Counted from the stretch's first letter, positions 45,997 through 56,908 are shown. The stretch: DNA of 64,000 bases from Anaerolineaceae bacterium (GCA_040772305.1 JAXGYK010000002.1:187887-251886), one strand, 5' to 3'. The notes: a model not told the origin generated them from the sequence alone. Program-made: numbers and translations.

Positions 45997-48294
45997 TTAG
46001 AATAATGCCATTTGTTCCGAGGGCGCACTCTGGGACATATAGCTTATTTGAGAAAGAAAGAGATCCCGGTTTAACAGTGGATTCTCTTTGAGATTACGCA
46101 GCTGTCTAAACCGCAAGAACAGCCAATCGTCTCCCACCAAGCTGTCCAGGTTTGGGTCGCGCTTTAGTTTAAAAGTGAGCAGCTTTGTCTTGGAACTAGG
46201 CAAGGCTACTACTTTTTTTCCTGGCAAATGCATGTACTTAAGTAAAAGGGGTGTGACAATGGCTGTTGTGATCGGGAAAAAGGAGTATACAGCACGTCCT
46301 TCTTCGTCACTCCAATAAACCGCATCCTTGGTAAGTTGCCTGCGGTAATTTAATGTGTTTGCAAAGACCTCCAGCAAGCTGCGAATTTCTTTGAGATCAG
46401 CTGCCCTTCTTGCTTCCGATTCCGAGTAACGCAATTGCCAGTGCGGGCCATTTTCATACATTGGGTGGGCATATGATTCAAGCAGTTCTTCAATAAGCGG
46501 GTCGTCGGGTGTCTGCAAACCTGGTGCCTGCTCATGTACGGCTGCCAGGACTTCAGCGTGGCTTAAGCTGCTGTGCTGTATGAGCACATCCATTACAGCC
46601 CTTTCGACCCTGTCGGCAAGAGGTTGAAAGGATTCGGGGTTTTTAGCGAGCCAGTAGAGGCCACTATCGGCGGTTACGTTTGCGTAATAGCGTTTGAAGG
46701 TTAAGGGGTCTGCCAAAACCTCGCTCAATTCGTTTTCGAGCTCATTAATGGTTCCGTTTGCCTGGCTTTGAGGCTGGCCGTGCAGCATGTCCTGGCTTTG
46801 GAGGGTGAGCAAGATATGGGTAAAAAGCATTGTGAACGAAGCTGGTTCGCCTAAGCGCTTAAGAAAATCAATGGCTGCTTCGCGCGCTGCACCAAAGAGC
46901 GCTTTGTTTCTTGGTGCGATAAAAGCAGGCGGCCGGGTATTCCAGACCATCTGAAGGGTGCTATCATCGCCTTCGAGGGCATACGTTTTGAGCTGCAGAC
47001 CAGCGTCCTGAGCGCTTAGAACACCAGCCAGTAAAAACCGGGGTTCAAGTTCCGGTATTTGGAGGAGGATTGGAATTCCCGGTAAAACCATCCCAGGCAG
47101 ATGGGCAAGCACTTTTTCTAAGGCTTTGGTGTGCCAGGTCCAATCGTAGCGTTGGCGTAAAAGGGCATGACGCAGGGGTTCCAGTGCCTTGTTCCCCCAA
47201 AGCCAGCCAGTCCAAAGCGCACTAAGGTTCCAAAAGGCCTGATTACGGCGGGGCAAAACGCTGTAAACCGCATTGAGCAGTTTTGGGTCCAGGACCGGAT
47301 CCCACTCGCGCAGGCGGCCGCGAAAGAGCGATATGCCACCAGTTTGGGGCACTAAATCGGGCCAGTTCTGAAAGTTGCTTTGCCGGCAGTTTTTACGCCA
47401 GCTTTCAGCGGCTTCGAGCACTGCCTGCCAGATATTGATTTCTTCAAAGGAAGGGGGCCGCATCAGCTGACGGGGTCGGTTACGGCCAAGAGGGTAAGCC
47501 CAAAGCACATTGACGCGGTCGGCAGTTAGTAAAAAGATCCCTTTTAGCAGTTTGCTTTGGCGCTCGCTCATGGGCGTATTCAGGATGCGGTGCAGCATCA
47601 ATTGGAGCATTACCAGTGGGCGCGGCGCATAATATTTTAGAACGTCTTCGATCAGAGGTCTTAATGCGTCCTGGGGATCACAAACTAATTCAAGCGCCCG
47701 CGCACGATAGAGCGCCAGGGAGGGATAGGCTGGCATAGGGTCAGCTTCTCCCGGATTGAGGTTTAGTTCGCCCTCCTGTTTGCAGTATGGACAACGGTAT
47801 CTAATTTGTCGCGGAGCGCCGGGTTCATCATCGTGGATCAGCCGCTCTACACGCGCTTGTCCGGGCTCGTTGCCAATCTTACATTCTGGATTTGGGCAGG
47901 GGATCCGGTAAAAGGATTCGAGATGATCCTCCAGACGTGCTCCGTTACTAAGCTTAAGGTTAGAGAGCAGTAAAAGGGCTTCATCCCAGTCTTCCGGGCT
48001 GGTGGTGGCTAAGCATTCAAGCACAAAGGCTGCGATAGGGTTATTTGTTGTAACTGCGGTGCGGTAACCAGCCTGAGCCAGCTCCAGGACGGAATAAGGG
48101 TCGAGCCCAAAAGGGTCGAGGACCCAATTTCCCGGCGCGCAATAGCGGTTAAGCCATGCAGCGGCTCGGCCAGGTACGTAAGGCGGAAAAAAGCGGCCCA
48201 GGGGTAAGTTGCCTAAGGGCTCGGCGGCATCCTGCGTACCCCCCTGAATAAAAGGAGCTTCAAGATCATGCCAGGAGCGCACAGGCTGAGCCAT
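45997..48294 (-). CDS. hypothetical 765-aa protein: Zn-ribbon-containing DNA-methyltransferase-like fold with degenerate motifs
   Basis: N-terminal WVLDPFGLDPYSVLELAQAGYR...NNPIAAFVLE resembles MTase motif I (LDPFaGgGs) but lacks the glycines. Zn ribbon CPNPEC...CPYC. RPPSF sits where DPPY would be expected. The ATG abuts the stop of the upstream GH13 gene (TAAATG). Confidence 0.55.
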   Translation of the reverse strand: MAQPVRSWHDLEAPFIQGGTQDAAEPLGNLPLGRFFPPYVPGRAAAWLNRYCAPGNWVLDPFGLDPYSVLELAQAGYRTAVTTNNPIAAFVLECLATTSPEDWDEALLLLSNLKLSNGARLEDHLESFYRIPCPNPECKIGNEPGQARVERLIHDDEPGAPRQIRYRCPYCKQEGELNLNPGEADPMPAYPSLALYRARALELVCDPQDALRPLIEDVLKYYAPRPLVMLQLMLHRILNTPMSERQSKLLKGIFLLTADRVNVLWAYPLGRNRPRQLMRPPSFEEINIWQAVLEAAESWRKNCRQSNFQNWPDLVPQTGGISLFRGRLREWDPVLDPKLLNAVYSVLPRRNQAFWNLSALWTGWLWGNKALEPLRHALLRQRYDWTWHTKALEKVLAHLPGMVLPGIPILLQIPELEPRFLLAGVLSAQDAGLQLKTYALEGDDSTLQMVWNTRPPAFIAPRNKALFGAAREAAIDFLKRLGEPASFTMLFTHILLTLQSQDMLHGQPQSQANGTINELENELSEVLADPLTFKRYYANVTADSGLYWLAKNPESFQPLADRVERAVMDVLIQHSSLSHAEVLAAVHEQAPGLQTPDDPLIEELLESYAHPMYENGPHWQLRYSESEARRAADLKEIRSLLEVFANTLNYRRQLTKDAVYWSDEEGRAVYSFFPITTAIVTPLLLKYMHLPGKKVVALPSSKTKLLTFKLKRDPNLDSLVGDDWLFLRFRQLRNLKENPLLNRDLFLSQISYMSQSAPSEQMALF

Positions 48295-49890
48295 TTATAT
48301 CGAAAGGAGGGCTGCACCCCAGCCCGGTAAACTAAGCAGGTGACTATCTGGATCAAAATACAGCTCTTTGTCAGAACTGACAAGCAAAAGTTTTTGATAG
48401 TCTGTGGGCAGCTTGAGAACCTGTGGACGAATTGAGAAATTCAGAACAACGAATATCCTATCCTCTGCACTTTGACGTTCATAAACTAAGAGGTGCGGGT
48501 TTTCTTGCTCCACGAGAGTAATACTGCCTGCGTGGAGGGCCGGATGTGCTTTACGCAGTGCAATGACTGCTTTATAAAAATTGAACAGAGAATCTGGGTC
48601 TTTGGATTGGGCAGCTTGGTTGCGGTTGGGGAAGTCTGGGTGCAGGTGGAGCCAGGGACGGTGCTTGCTAAAGCCTGCATTGGAGGTGTTATCCCACTGC
48701 ATCGGGCTGCGGCAAACATCGCGTCCTTTATAAAACGGCCAGTACCTTCTTCCAACCGGGTCTTGAATCTGGGAGCGTTTCACTTTGATATCGCGCATCC
48801 CGATCTCTTCTCCGTAGTAGAGATAGGGCGTGCCCCGCAGGGTTAAATGCATGAGGCTTAAAAGCTTCAATTTAGAGTCATCGCGATCCGCATTGTAGCG
48901 CGAAGCGCTGCGGCTGATATCGTGATTATTGAGAACCCAATTGGGCCAGGCTTCGTCCCCGTGAAGCGCGTCCCAATACTGGATGGCGTGTCCAAAACGG
49001 CGTGCGTTCCAGGGCGTGCGGGTGTAGCTAAAGTCGAAGCCGGCATGAAATTTGTTTTCGCCGATGTAAGTGCGCGCTTTGACCGTGTTGACCAAAAAGG
49101 TTTCGCCGACCGCGTAGCATTCCGGATAGGTATCCAGGAGCGCGCGCATCTCTTCCAGAAGCGGGTACATTTCGGGTTGGGCAGTATCAAAGAGATGCTG
49201 CTGCCATTCAAAGGGGCGGATGCCAGGCTTTTCAGCCCGGGGATTGTCGCGCAGCATGGCATCTTTGAAAAAGTTATTAAAAACGTCCAGCCGGAAGCCG
49301 TCTACTCCGCGATCCAGCCAAAAGCGCATCACATCCAGCATCTCCGCTCGCACTGCTGGGTTGCGCCAGTTAAGGTCTGGCTGTTCGGGATAGAACATAT
49401 GATAGTAATACTGGTTTAGTTTTGCATTGTAGCGCCAGGCAGAGCCGCCAAAATTGGAGAGCCAATTATTAGGCGGTTTACCATCAGGGGCAGGGTCGCT
49501 CCAGATATACCAGTCGTGGTAGGGATTCTGTTTGGATTTTTGTGATTCGATGAACCAGGGGTGACGATCGGAGGTATGACTAAAAACCAGATCCAGAATG
49601 ATACGCAGCTTGCGTTTATGAGCTTCTGCCAGCAGTTTGTCAAAGTCCTTTAAGGTGCCATATTTCGGGTCAATGTTGCGGTAGTCCGAAACATCGTAGC
49701 CAAAATCGACGTCCGGGGAAGGGTAGATAGGGGAGAGCCAGAGCGCATCCACGCCGAGGTCCTGCAGGTAAGCAAGCCGGCTGGTGATACCAGGCAGGTC
49801 GCCGATTCCATCGGCGTTGCTATCCTGAAAGGAACGCGGATAGATTTGATAGATGATTCCATGCTTCCACCAAAGATGATCATTCGTCAT
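48295..49890 (-). CDS. GH13 alpha-glucosidase / oligo-1,6-glucosidase-like
   Basis: YQIYPRSFQDSNADGIGDL, DLVFSHTS, GVDGFRLDV (nucleophile), VGETF (acid/base) and LNNHD. Confidence 0.9.
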   Translation of the reverse strand: MTNDHLWWKHGIIYQIYPRSFQDSNADGIGDLPGITSRLAYLQDLGVDALWLSPIYPSPDVDFGYDVSDYRNIDPKYGTLKDFDKLLAEAHKRKLRIILDLVFSHTSDRHPWFIESQKSKQNPYHDWYIWSDPAPDGKPPNNWLSNFGGSAWRYNAKLNQYYYHMFYPEQPDLNWRNPAVRAEMLDVMRFWLDRGVDGFRLDVFNNFFKDAMLRDNPRAEKPGIRPFEWQQHLFDTAQPEMYPLLEEMRALLDTYPECYAVGETFLVNTVKARTYIGENKFHAGFDFSYTRTPWNARRFGHAIQYWDALHGDEAWPNWVLNNHDISRSASRYNADRDDSKLKLLSLMHLTLRGTPYLYYGEEIGMRDIKVKRSQIQDPVGRRYWPFYKGRDVCRSPMQWDNTSNAGFSKHRPWLHLHPDFPNRNQAAQSKDPDSLFNFYKAVIALRKAHPALHAGSITLVEQENPHLLVYERQSAEDRIFVVLNFSIRPQVLKLPTDYQKLLLVSSDKELYFDPDSHLLSLPGWGAALLSI

Positions 49891-50295
49891 AACCGCTCCT
49901 AGTACCGTGATAGCTCAATTATACCGATAAGAAGCATTGGACTGCGGATAGGTTTTTGATCTATGCATTAGTCTGTTTGGACATTTGTTTAAGCAGGTGA
50001 GCAGCCGCTTTTAGCGAGCAAATTTGCTGGATTTAATCTAGAGTGTGTAGCGGAACTAAGGAATCATTGGTGTTTTCCGTTTGTGCGAGCGTTATAGCAG
50101 CGAACTGCGATTAAAAGTATTGAGTACTTGCTTGGGCGATTTATCATCTCAAGTGAATAAATGCATACGTAGCTTAGCGGTCTTTCACAAGGTGAAAATT
50201 CTGGACAGATACGAATGCACTGCTGCAAGAAAAAACTTGCTTTTTGTCTATGGGTATGCTACTATTACTGAGTAATACGAATACTTTTCAACTTG

Positions 50296-50323
50296 AAAAG
50301 TGGGCGGCAAGTCCACTTTTTTG
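50296..50323 (+). promoter_or_regulatory. terminator-like hairpin (possible attenuator) in the nusA leader
   Basis: AAAGTGG (50297-50303) pairs with CCACTTT (50313-50319), then a T-run. Its 5' arm overlaps the 3' arm of an upstream palindrome CTTTTCAA-C-TTGAAAAG (50284-50300). It lies 43 nt before the nusA ATG. Confidence 0.45.
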
Positions 50324-50365
50324 TTTGAAGAGCCTTAGCTGCATCAAGGTGGAGTAAGAAAGAGT

Positions 50366-52291
50366 ATGAAAAGTGAATTTGCTTTAGCTTTCAATGAAGT
50401 ACTGGAAGAGAAAGGCCTTCCGCGAGAGACGATCATGAGTGCTATTGAGGCTGCCATGATATCTGCCTATCGCAAAAGTGTTGGTGCCAGTACTGCCCAG
50501 GAAGTAAAGGTTGAAATTGACCTGGAAAAGGGCAGCATAAAAGTGTTTGCCGAGAAGGAAGTTACCGATGACATCTTTGATTCGCGCACCGAAGTACTTT
50601 TGGAAGAAGCACGCGAGATAGACCCTAATTGCCAGTTGGGCGATTTGGTCATGGTTGACAGTACTCCAGAGAACTTTGGGCGTATTGCCGCACAGACTGC
50701 TCGCCAGGGCATTCAACAAAAGATCCGTGATGCTGAAAGGGCTGCGCAATTTGAATATTACGGCAATCAGGTGGGGGAGATTGTCAGTGGAGTTGTTCAG
50801 GCGGTAAACAGCCGTCAGGCGACCATTGGCCTTGACCTGAAGGCTGAGGGTACTATGTTGCGTAAGGATATGATTCCTGCCGAGCGTTTTCGGGTACATG
50901 ATCGTATTCGAGCCTATGTTTACGAAGTAAAAGATAGCCCGAAAGGGCTGCAGATCCTGCTGAGCCGGGCGCATCGTAATTTCCTGCGGCGCTTGCTTGA
51001 AAATGAAGTTCCAGAGATTTATCATGGTATTGTGGAAATTCGCAGTATTGCCCGCGAACCTGGTCAGCGTGCCAAGGTAGCGGTGAGCGCAACCCAAATG
51101 GGGATTGACCCAGTTGGCGCCTGTGTTGGGCAGCGCGGTGTTCGCATTCAGGCAATTGTGCGCGAATTGCATGATGAAAAAATTGATGTGATCGAATGGA
51201 GCCCTGATGCTGCGGTTTACATCAGCAAGGCGATTAGTCCTGCTCGTGTAAGCGGCGTTTACCTTAACCATGGGCTTGGGGATAATAAAACGGCAACCGT
51301 TGTTGTTCCTGAAGATCAGTTGAGCCTGGCCATCGGCCGCGAAGGGCAGAATGCACGTTTGGCTGCCAAGCTGACTGGCTGGCGTATTGACATCATGAGC
51401 GTTACTGAGGCGGCCGGCCATGCGCTGGTTAAGCTGCGGGATGATGAAACCCTGGCTGAAATGGCTGCTGCAGAAGCAGACAATATGGCGCGTGTAGAAG
51501 AGCTTTTGGAAAAAAAGGAAGAAGGTCGGGCGATTTCGATGGACGACTCTATTTTGCTTGCCCGGTTTGTGGATCGGGTGGGAAAACGTGGCGAAGCGGA
51601 TCGCAAAGCGGTGGAAGATGCTGAAGCTGCGCGTATTAAAGCAGTTAGGGAAAGCATTGATGCACGCGCTTTTGACCTGCCCTTAGCAGCAATGTCCGAT
51701 CTTACGGAATATTTGGCCGGAATCCTTCAGGAAAATGGTTTGGAGAGCTTTGGAGATTTGGTGCTTACCTATAAACTGGATCCGGATGCACTCCTGGCAT
51801 TCAACGGAATTGGGCCTAAGTACAATGAAGACCTTGTACAGTTAATTGACAGCTATCAATTCCCGGCTCTTGAAGAACCCGAAGAAGACGCTGAGGAGCT
51901 TCTTCCTGAAGCCGTGCTCGATACAGAAGAGCCTGCAGCTGAATTGGAAACAGCAGAGGAGATTCTGCCGGTTGAGGATGACGCTGAAACAGCTCTTGCA
52001 GAAACTGAAGATTTGGACCAGGACGTTAAGCCCGAACCGGAGCCTGAGCTTATTGAAGAGCCAGAAGAAGAGAAGACTTTTGAGGAACTCTTTAGGATGG
52101 AATCGGTGCGCAGGGCCAGTTATGCCCGCGAGCAGGACGAAGAGGATGAAGCCGCTTTTAGCACTCCTTCGCGCAAGGGTAAGAAGGCTTCCAAAAAGAA
52201 AAAGGGTTATACTGTGGAATATGACCCTGATAGTGACACCGACATTGTGAGACGGCATCGCCGCGACAGTGACGGATGGGATGAATGGTAG
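50366..52291 (+). CDS. nusA: transcription termination/antitermination factor NusA with long acidic C-terminal extension
   Basis: N-terminal domain, S1 ([11 protein letters not shown]), KH1/KH2 ([14 protein letters not shown]; [23 protein letters not shown]), an HhH-like region, then about 150 aa of Glu/Asp-rich tail ending in a basic patch. Confidence 0.95.
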   Translation: MKSEFALAFNEVLEEKGLPRETIMSAIEAAMISAYRKSVGASTAQEVKVEIDLEKGSIKVFAEKEVTDDIFDSRTEVLLEEAREIDPNCQLGDLVMVDSTPENFGRIAAQTARQGIQQKIRDAERAAQFEYYGNQVGEIVSGVVQAVNSRQATIGLDLKAEGTMLRKDMIPAERFRVHDRIRAYVYEVKDSPKGLQILLSRAHRNFLRRLLENEVPEIYHGIVEIRSIAREPGQRAKVAVSATQMGIDPVGACVGQRGVRIQAIVRELHDEKIDVIEWSPDAAVYISKAISPARVSGVYLNHGLGDNKTATVVVPEDQLSLAIGREGQNARLAAKLTGWRIDIMSVTEAAGHALVKLRDDETLAEMAAAEADNMARVEELLEKKEEGRAISMDDSILLARFVDRVGKRGEADRKAVEDAEAARIKAVRESIDARAFDLPLAAMSDLTEYLAGILQENGLESFGDLVLTYKLDPDALLAFNGIGPKYNEDLVQLIDSYQFPALEEPEEDAEELLPEAVLDTEEPAAELETAEEILPVEDDAETALAETEDLDQDVKPEPEPELIEEPEEEKTFEELFRMESVRRASYAREQDEEDEAAFSTPSRKGKKASKKKKGYTVEYDPDSDTDIVRRHRRDSDGWDEW

Positions 52292-52318
52292 GTCGCTAAA
52301 CGGCGATACTGGAAAAAG

Positions 52319-52675
52319 GTGGCCGCAAAAAAGAGCCTTAAGCCTAAACATGTCCCGCAGCGTACATGCGTGGGTTGCCGCGAGGTCTTGCCAAAGCGTC
52401 AGCTTCTTCGTTTGGTGCGCAGCGAGGATGGCGTGGTGATAGATACTACTGCCAAAATGAACGGAAGGGGTGCCTATTTGCATGATCAGCGCTCCTGCTG
52501 GAAGAAAGCTCTGAAGGGCAGTTTGGCAGCGGCACTGCGTACATCTTTGACAGCAGGCGACTTGGAACGATTAACAGATTATATGGAAAGATTACCGGCT
52601 GAACCTGATGCTGGATCTATACAGGTCCAGCCAGGTGATGCTCCGTTGCATGAGGAAGCCAAGATGGCACCGTAA
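52319..52675 (+). CDS. ylxR: YlxR/RnpM (DUF448) family RNA-binding protein
   Basis: RTCVGCR...KRQLLRLV...GRGAYLH motif, positioned between nusA and infB. GTG start. Confidence 0.85.
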   Translation: MAAKKSLKPKHVPQRTCVGCREVLPKRQLLRLVRSEDGVVIDTTAKMNGRGAYLHDQRSCWKKALKGSLAAALRTSLTAGDLERLTDYMERLPAEPDAGSIQVQPGDAPLHEEAKMAP

Positions 52676-52718
52676 CTGCCGTGTCTTGCTCATGCCAGAA
52701 GAATATGAGAGGTGAAGC

Positions 52719-54503
52719 ATGGGCAATGAAACAGGAAAGATAATCCAACTCCCTTACAGCTTAAGTGTGCGTGACTTGGCCGGTAAATTGAATAGCAGTC
52801 CGGTCCAAGTCATTAAAGTCCTAATGGCCAATGGTGTTATGGCAAGCATCAATCAGCAGGTTGATTTTGAGACCGCGTCTGTAGTGGCTGCAGAACTGGG
52901 TTGGGAGCCGCAGCTGGAGCAGGAAGAAGAAGAGGTAGAAGAGTTAGGTGAACTGCCTTTCTGGCGCCAGGTACTTGCGAGCGAAGATCCAAAAAATCTT
53001 GTGGAGCGCCCTCCTGTTGTAACTATTCTTGGCCATGTTGATCATGGAAAAACTACCCTTTTGGATGCAATCAGGGATACAGATGTAGCTGGTGGTGAGG
53101 CCGGGGGCATTACCCAGCACATAGGTGCATACCAAATTAAATACAAAGATCGTTTGGTTACCTTTTTGGATACCCCAGGTCATGCTGCTTTTTCTTCCAT
53201 GCGAGCCCGCGGAGCTCAGGGTGCGGATATTGTGGTGTTGGTAGTAGCTGCAGACGACGGCGTACAGCCGCAAACACGCGAGGCTGCTAACCATGCTAAG
53301 GCTGCACAAGTGCCGATTGTGGTAGCCCTGAACAAGATTGATAGAGCAGATGCAAATTTAGATCGGGTAAAACGTCAGCTCTCGGATATTGGTCTGCAGC
53401 CCGATGAATGGGAAGGCGATACCTTTGTAGTACCAGTTTCTGCAAAGGAACGTAAAGGTTTGGAAGACTTGCTGGAAACAATTTACCTTGTGGCTGACAA
53501 TCTGACAATTAAAGCCAACCCAAAGGGCAAGTGCATGGGCACTGTTGTGGAAGCCAAACTGGATAAGACCACCGGCCCAATGGCCACACTGCTTGTTCAG
53601 AACGGTACGCTTAAGGTAGGGGATGTGATTGTTGCTGGCGAAAGCTCCGGAAAAATTAAGGCGATGTTTGATCAACGCGGTAAACGCGTAAACAAGATAT
53701 TACCCAGCACACCGGTAAAAGTAATGGGTTTAAACGCTCTTCCGGAAGCGGGAGACCTGTTTCAATCATCGGTTAACGAACGCGAAGCTCGCGCAATTGT
53801 TGCTGAACGAAAGGCAGCCCGCGAAGCAAAACGCAATGTACGTCGGGCTACCCTTGAAGAATTGTTTAACCGCGTAAAGGCGGGTGAGGCTCGGGAACTG
53901 CGCTTAATCCTTAAAGCAGATGTACAAGGCAGTCTGGAACCGATTATGAACGAATTGGATGATCTTGGCAAGAAAGAGAAGGATATTCGGGTTAAGGTTT
54001 TGCATGCTGAAACAGGCAATGTAACAGAAAGCGATGTGATGTTGGCCGCAGCCAGCGATGCAATCATTTTGGGATTTGCTGTTGATTCCGAAAAAACTGC
54101 CCGCAGCGCGGCTGAAGCTGAGGGAGTTTCCATTCGTCTGTACAAGGTTATCTATCGCTTGATTGAAGACGTCGAAAAGGCGTTGAAAGGCTTACTGGAG
54201 CCGGAATTGGTTGCAAAGAGCTTAGGCAAGGCCAAGGTGCTGGCTTTATTCAAGGTCTCTAAAGGCGGAACTGCAGCAGGATGCCGGGTTATAAATGGGG
54301 AAATCAGGCGTAACAGCCATGCCCGTGTTCTACGGGATGGCAAGGAAGTAGTTGTGAGCGAGATTTCTAATATTAAGCGTGAAAAGGACGATGTGCGCGA
54401 AGTGCGGGAAGGTATGGAATGCGGGATCACCGTAAAAAATTTTGAAGACTTCGCCATAGGTGATGTGATCGAATCCTTTACAATGGAAAAATTTGGCGCT
54501 TAA
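52719..54503 (+). CDS. infB: translation initiation factor IF-2 (short form)
   Basis: G domain [17 protein letters not shown] and NKID, plus domains II-IV. Only about 100 aa precede the G domain. Confidence 0.95.
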   Translation: MGNETGKIIQLPYSLSVRDLAGKLNSSPVQVIKVLMANGVMASINQQVDFETASVVAAELGWEPQLEQEEEEVEELGELPFWRQVLASEDPKNLVERPPVVTILGHVDHGKTTLLDAIRDTDVAGGEAGGITQHIGAYQIKYKDRLVTFLDTPGHAAFSSMRARGAQGADIVVLVVAADDGVQPQTREAANHAKAAQVPIVVALNKIDRADANLDRVKRQLSDIGLQPDEWEGDTFVVPVSAKERKGLEDLLETIYLVADNLTIKANPKGKCMGTVVEAKLDKTTGPMATLLVQNGTLKVGDVIVAGESSGKIKAMFDQRGKRVNKILPSTPVKVMGLNALPEAGDLFQSSVNEREARAIVAERKAAREAKRNVRRATLEELFNRVKAGEARELRLILKADVQGSLEPIMNELDDLGKKEKDIRVKVLHAETGNVTESDVMLAAASDAIILGFAVDSEKTARSAAEAEGVSIRLYKVIYRLIEDVEKALKGLLEPELVAKSLGKAKVLALFKVSKGGTAAGCRVINGEIRRNSHARVLRDGKEVVVSEISNIKREKDDVREVREGMECGITVKNFEDFAIGDVIESFTMEKFGA

Positions 54504-54522
54504 GCGTTTATTGGAGTAAAAG

Positions 54523-54972
54523 ATGCCCTCTAGTTTACGAATGAAGCGAATTAATGATCGATTTAAAGAAGTGCTTGCCTTGTTGCTGCTTACAAAGATT
54601 GAAGATCCGCGATTGAGCAATGTGCAGGTAACCTCTGTAAAGGTGGATCGTGAGCTGGATTATGCCAACATTTACGTATGTGCAAGCGAAGGTAAGGTGC
54701 GGGAAAAGGAAGTAATGGATGGTTTGAACCATGCGCGTGGTTTCCTAAAGTATGAATTAGCAAACGAAATCGATCTGCGTATTATGCCCAAGCTGCGCTT
54801 TTTTTGGGATCCCATACCAGAACATGCAGATCGCATCGATACCTTGCTGGCTCAAATTCGGGGGGATATCCCGCTGGAAGATGGCAGTATTTACCCAGCA
54901 TCATCAGAAGCAGCAGATATTATTGCCGATGCAGAAGGTCAGGATCTTAATGAGGCGGAGAAGACTGAATGA
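54523..54972 (+). CDS. rbfA: ribosome-binding factor A
   Basis: RINDRFKEVLALLL...DPRL...VTSVKVDRELDYANIYV pattern, with an acidic C-terminal tail. Confidence 0.9.
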   Translation: MPSSLRMKRINDRFKEVLALLLLTKIEDPRLSNVQVTSVKVDRELDYANIYVCASEGKVREKEVMDGLNHARGFLKYELANEIDLRIMPKLRFFWDPIPEHADRIDTLLAQIRGDIPLEDGSIYPASSEAADIIADAEGQDLNEAEKTE

Positions 54973-55934
54973 ATGCCAGTAATGAGGAAATTCGCGAACT
55001 TTTCAATAATGCAAGACATATTGCCATTGTGTCGCATGTGCGTCCGGATGGAGATGCTATTGGTTCCATGCTGGGCTTGGCAAATGCTTTAAAAGAGGCT
55101 GGAAAAACTGTAACGCCTGTTTTGCAGGACATACCCGATGAAAAGTATGCATTCATTACAGGACTTAACGATGTGAGCCAATGGCTTCCTCTTGAAGCAG
55201 ATTGCCTGGTAGTTGTAGACTGCAGTGATGTGGAGCGGACTGGTAAAGTATTAGAAGGTCGCCAGCCTGATCTGGTTATTGACCACCATAAAACAAATCT
55301 GAAATTTGGCCGTTTAAACCTTATTGAAGACGAGGCGGAAGCAACGGCTATGATTCTTAGCAAGTATATGTCCGCCTGGGGTCTGAAAATAAATGCTGAT
55401 ACCGCAAACGCATTGTTGACTGGGATTGTTGCCGATACACTCGGTTTTCGGACCGCTAATGCAGGCGCGGATTGTTTGAGGGTGGCTGCTGAACTGATGG
55501 ATAAAGGCGCTGACTTAGCTATGGTGTATCATAAAACCCTGCTTACCCGCACTGCGGCAGAGGTTCGTTATTGGGGTCAGGGGCTCACCCGGCTAAACTT
55601 GCAGGATGGAATTTTGTGGGTCAGCTTAAGCTTGGACGACCGTGTTAGAGCTGGTTATTCTAAAAATGATGATGCGGACCTGATTAATATCTTGTCCTCA
55701 GTGGCAGACGCCTTGGTGACGATCATTTTTGTTGAGCAAGAGGATGGACGGGTTAAGATTTCCTGGAGGTCTGTAGAAGGGTTGGACGTTTCACAGCTTG
55801 CAGTGCAATTTGGCGGTGGCGGTCATGCCGCGGCAGCTGGTGCAGATGTAAAAGGAAGCTTGCCAGAGGTTATGCAGGCAGTTTTGCCAGCAACTCATGA
55901 TTTGGTGAATAAATCTGATTTGAGATATAGGTGA
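54969..55934 (+). CDS. nrnA: DHH/DHHA1 phosphoesterase (NrnA-like oligoribonuclease/pAp phosphatase)
   Basis: SHVRPDGDAIGS, VVDCS, IDHHKTN, DT(L)GF and GGGHAAAAG motifs. ATGA-type overlap with rbfA. Confidence 0.8.
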   Translation: MNASNEEIRELFNNARHIAIVSHVRPDGDAIGSMLGLANALKEAGKTVTPVLQDIPDEKYAFITGLNDVSQWLPLEADCLVVVDCSDVERTGKVLEGRQPDLVIDHHKTNLKFGRLNLIEDEAEATAMILSKYMSAWGLKINADTANALLTGIVADTLGFRTANAGADCLRVAAELMDKGADLAMVYHKTLLTRTAAEVRYWGQGLTRLNLQDGILWVSLSLDDRVRAGYSKNDDADLINILSSVADALVTIIFVEQEDGRVKISWRSVEGLDVSQLAVQFGGGGHAAAAGADVKGSLPEVMQAVLPATHDLVNKSDLRYR

Positions 55935-55938
55935 TAAA

Positions 55939-56862
55939 TTGGAATTTCAAGACGAAGAAAGACAAAGAATCAACAGCAATATTTCAGGTGTGTTGGTTGT
56001 AGATAAACCTGTGGGAATTACTTCCCACGATGTTGTACAAATTGTACGCAACGGAACAAAAATTCGGCGTGCCGGGCATACGGGAACCTTAGACCCACGT
56101 GCGTCTGGTGTGTTAGTTGTTCTGATTGGTCCGGCTGTGCGCCTGAGTGAATATGTGAGCGCTTCCAATAAGCGCTACCAGGCAATCATTGAACTGGGTA
56201 AAAGCACGGACACCTATGACCTTGAAGGCGAAGTGACTCGACGATCGCCAGTGGATATTCGCTTTGAGGAGCTGGAAGAAGCTCTGCAGAGCTTTGTAGG
56301 AGAAATTGAACAGAAACCGCCTGCTTATTCGGCTATCAAAGTAAAAGGAAGACGTGCTTATGAATTAGCCCGCAAGGGTGAAGAAGTTGACCTTGAACCG
56401 CGCCTGGTAACTGTGAAAGAAATTGAGCTTTTGGACTGGCACGCGCCAGAACTTGTGGTGGATGTTGAGTGTTCTTCAGGTACGTATATTCGTTCACTGG
56501 CTAATGACCTGGGCGAAAAATTGGGCTGCGGAGCGACACTTGGCGGCTTACGGCGCATAAAGAATGGCCGCTTTGGACTTCGGGATGCTGTACCCTTGCG
56601 CAGGCTTAAAGAAGCATTTGAACAAGGTGATTGGTACAAGTTTGTGATTCCTGCTGCCGAAGCGTTAGCAGATTGGTATACAGTAGAGTTAGACGAGCCA
56701 ATGGTGGATGCAATCCGCCATGGGCACCGAATTCCTGCAGATGAACCGCAAGAGGAAGGGAAGTGGGCCCGGGCAGTAAGTCAGGACGCAGAACTGGTGG
56801 CCTTGTTAGCTTATGATTCTGCAACTCAGGAATGGCAGCCGCGTAAAGTCCTCTTTCAATGA
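55939..56862 (+). CDS. truB: tRNA pseudouridine(55) synthase
   Basis: GHTGTLDPRASGVL catalytic motif and a PUA-like C-terminus, in conserved context after rbfA/nrnA. TTG start. Confidence 0.9.
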   Translation: MEFQDEERQRINSNISGVLVVDKPVGITSHDVVQIVRNGTKIRRAGHTGTLDPRASGVLVVLIGPAVRLSEYVSASNKRYQAIIELGKSTDTYDLEGEVTRRSPVDIRFEELEEALQSFVGEIEQKPPAYSAIKVKGRRAYELARKGEEVDLEPRLVTVKEIELLDWHAPELVVDVECSSGTYIRSLANDLGEKLGCGATLGGLRRIKNGRFGLRDAVPLRRLKEAFEQGDWYKFVIPAAEALADWYTVELDEPMVDAIRHGHRIPADEPQEEGKWARAVSQDAELVALLAYDSATQEWQPRKVLFQ

Positions 56863-56908
56863 ACTGCAAACGCACGCTCTGTGAGTAGCAACCCTTCAAG
56901 GTAACGCG

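Noticed and set aside
50384-51421. 345-aa ORF on the minus strand
   Set aside because: It lies entirely antisense to the well-supported nusA gene. Its translation is low-complexity with no motifs, which is typical of a shadow ORF.
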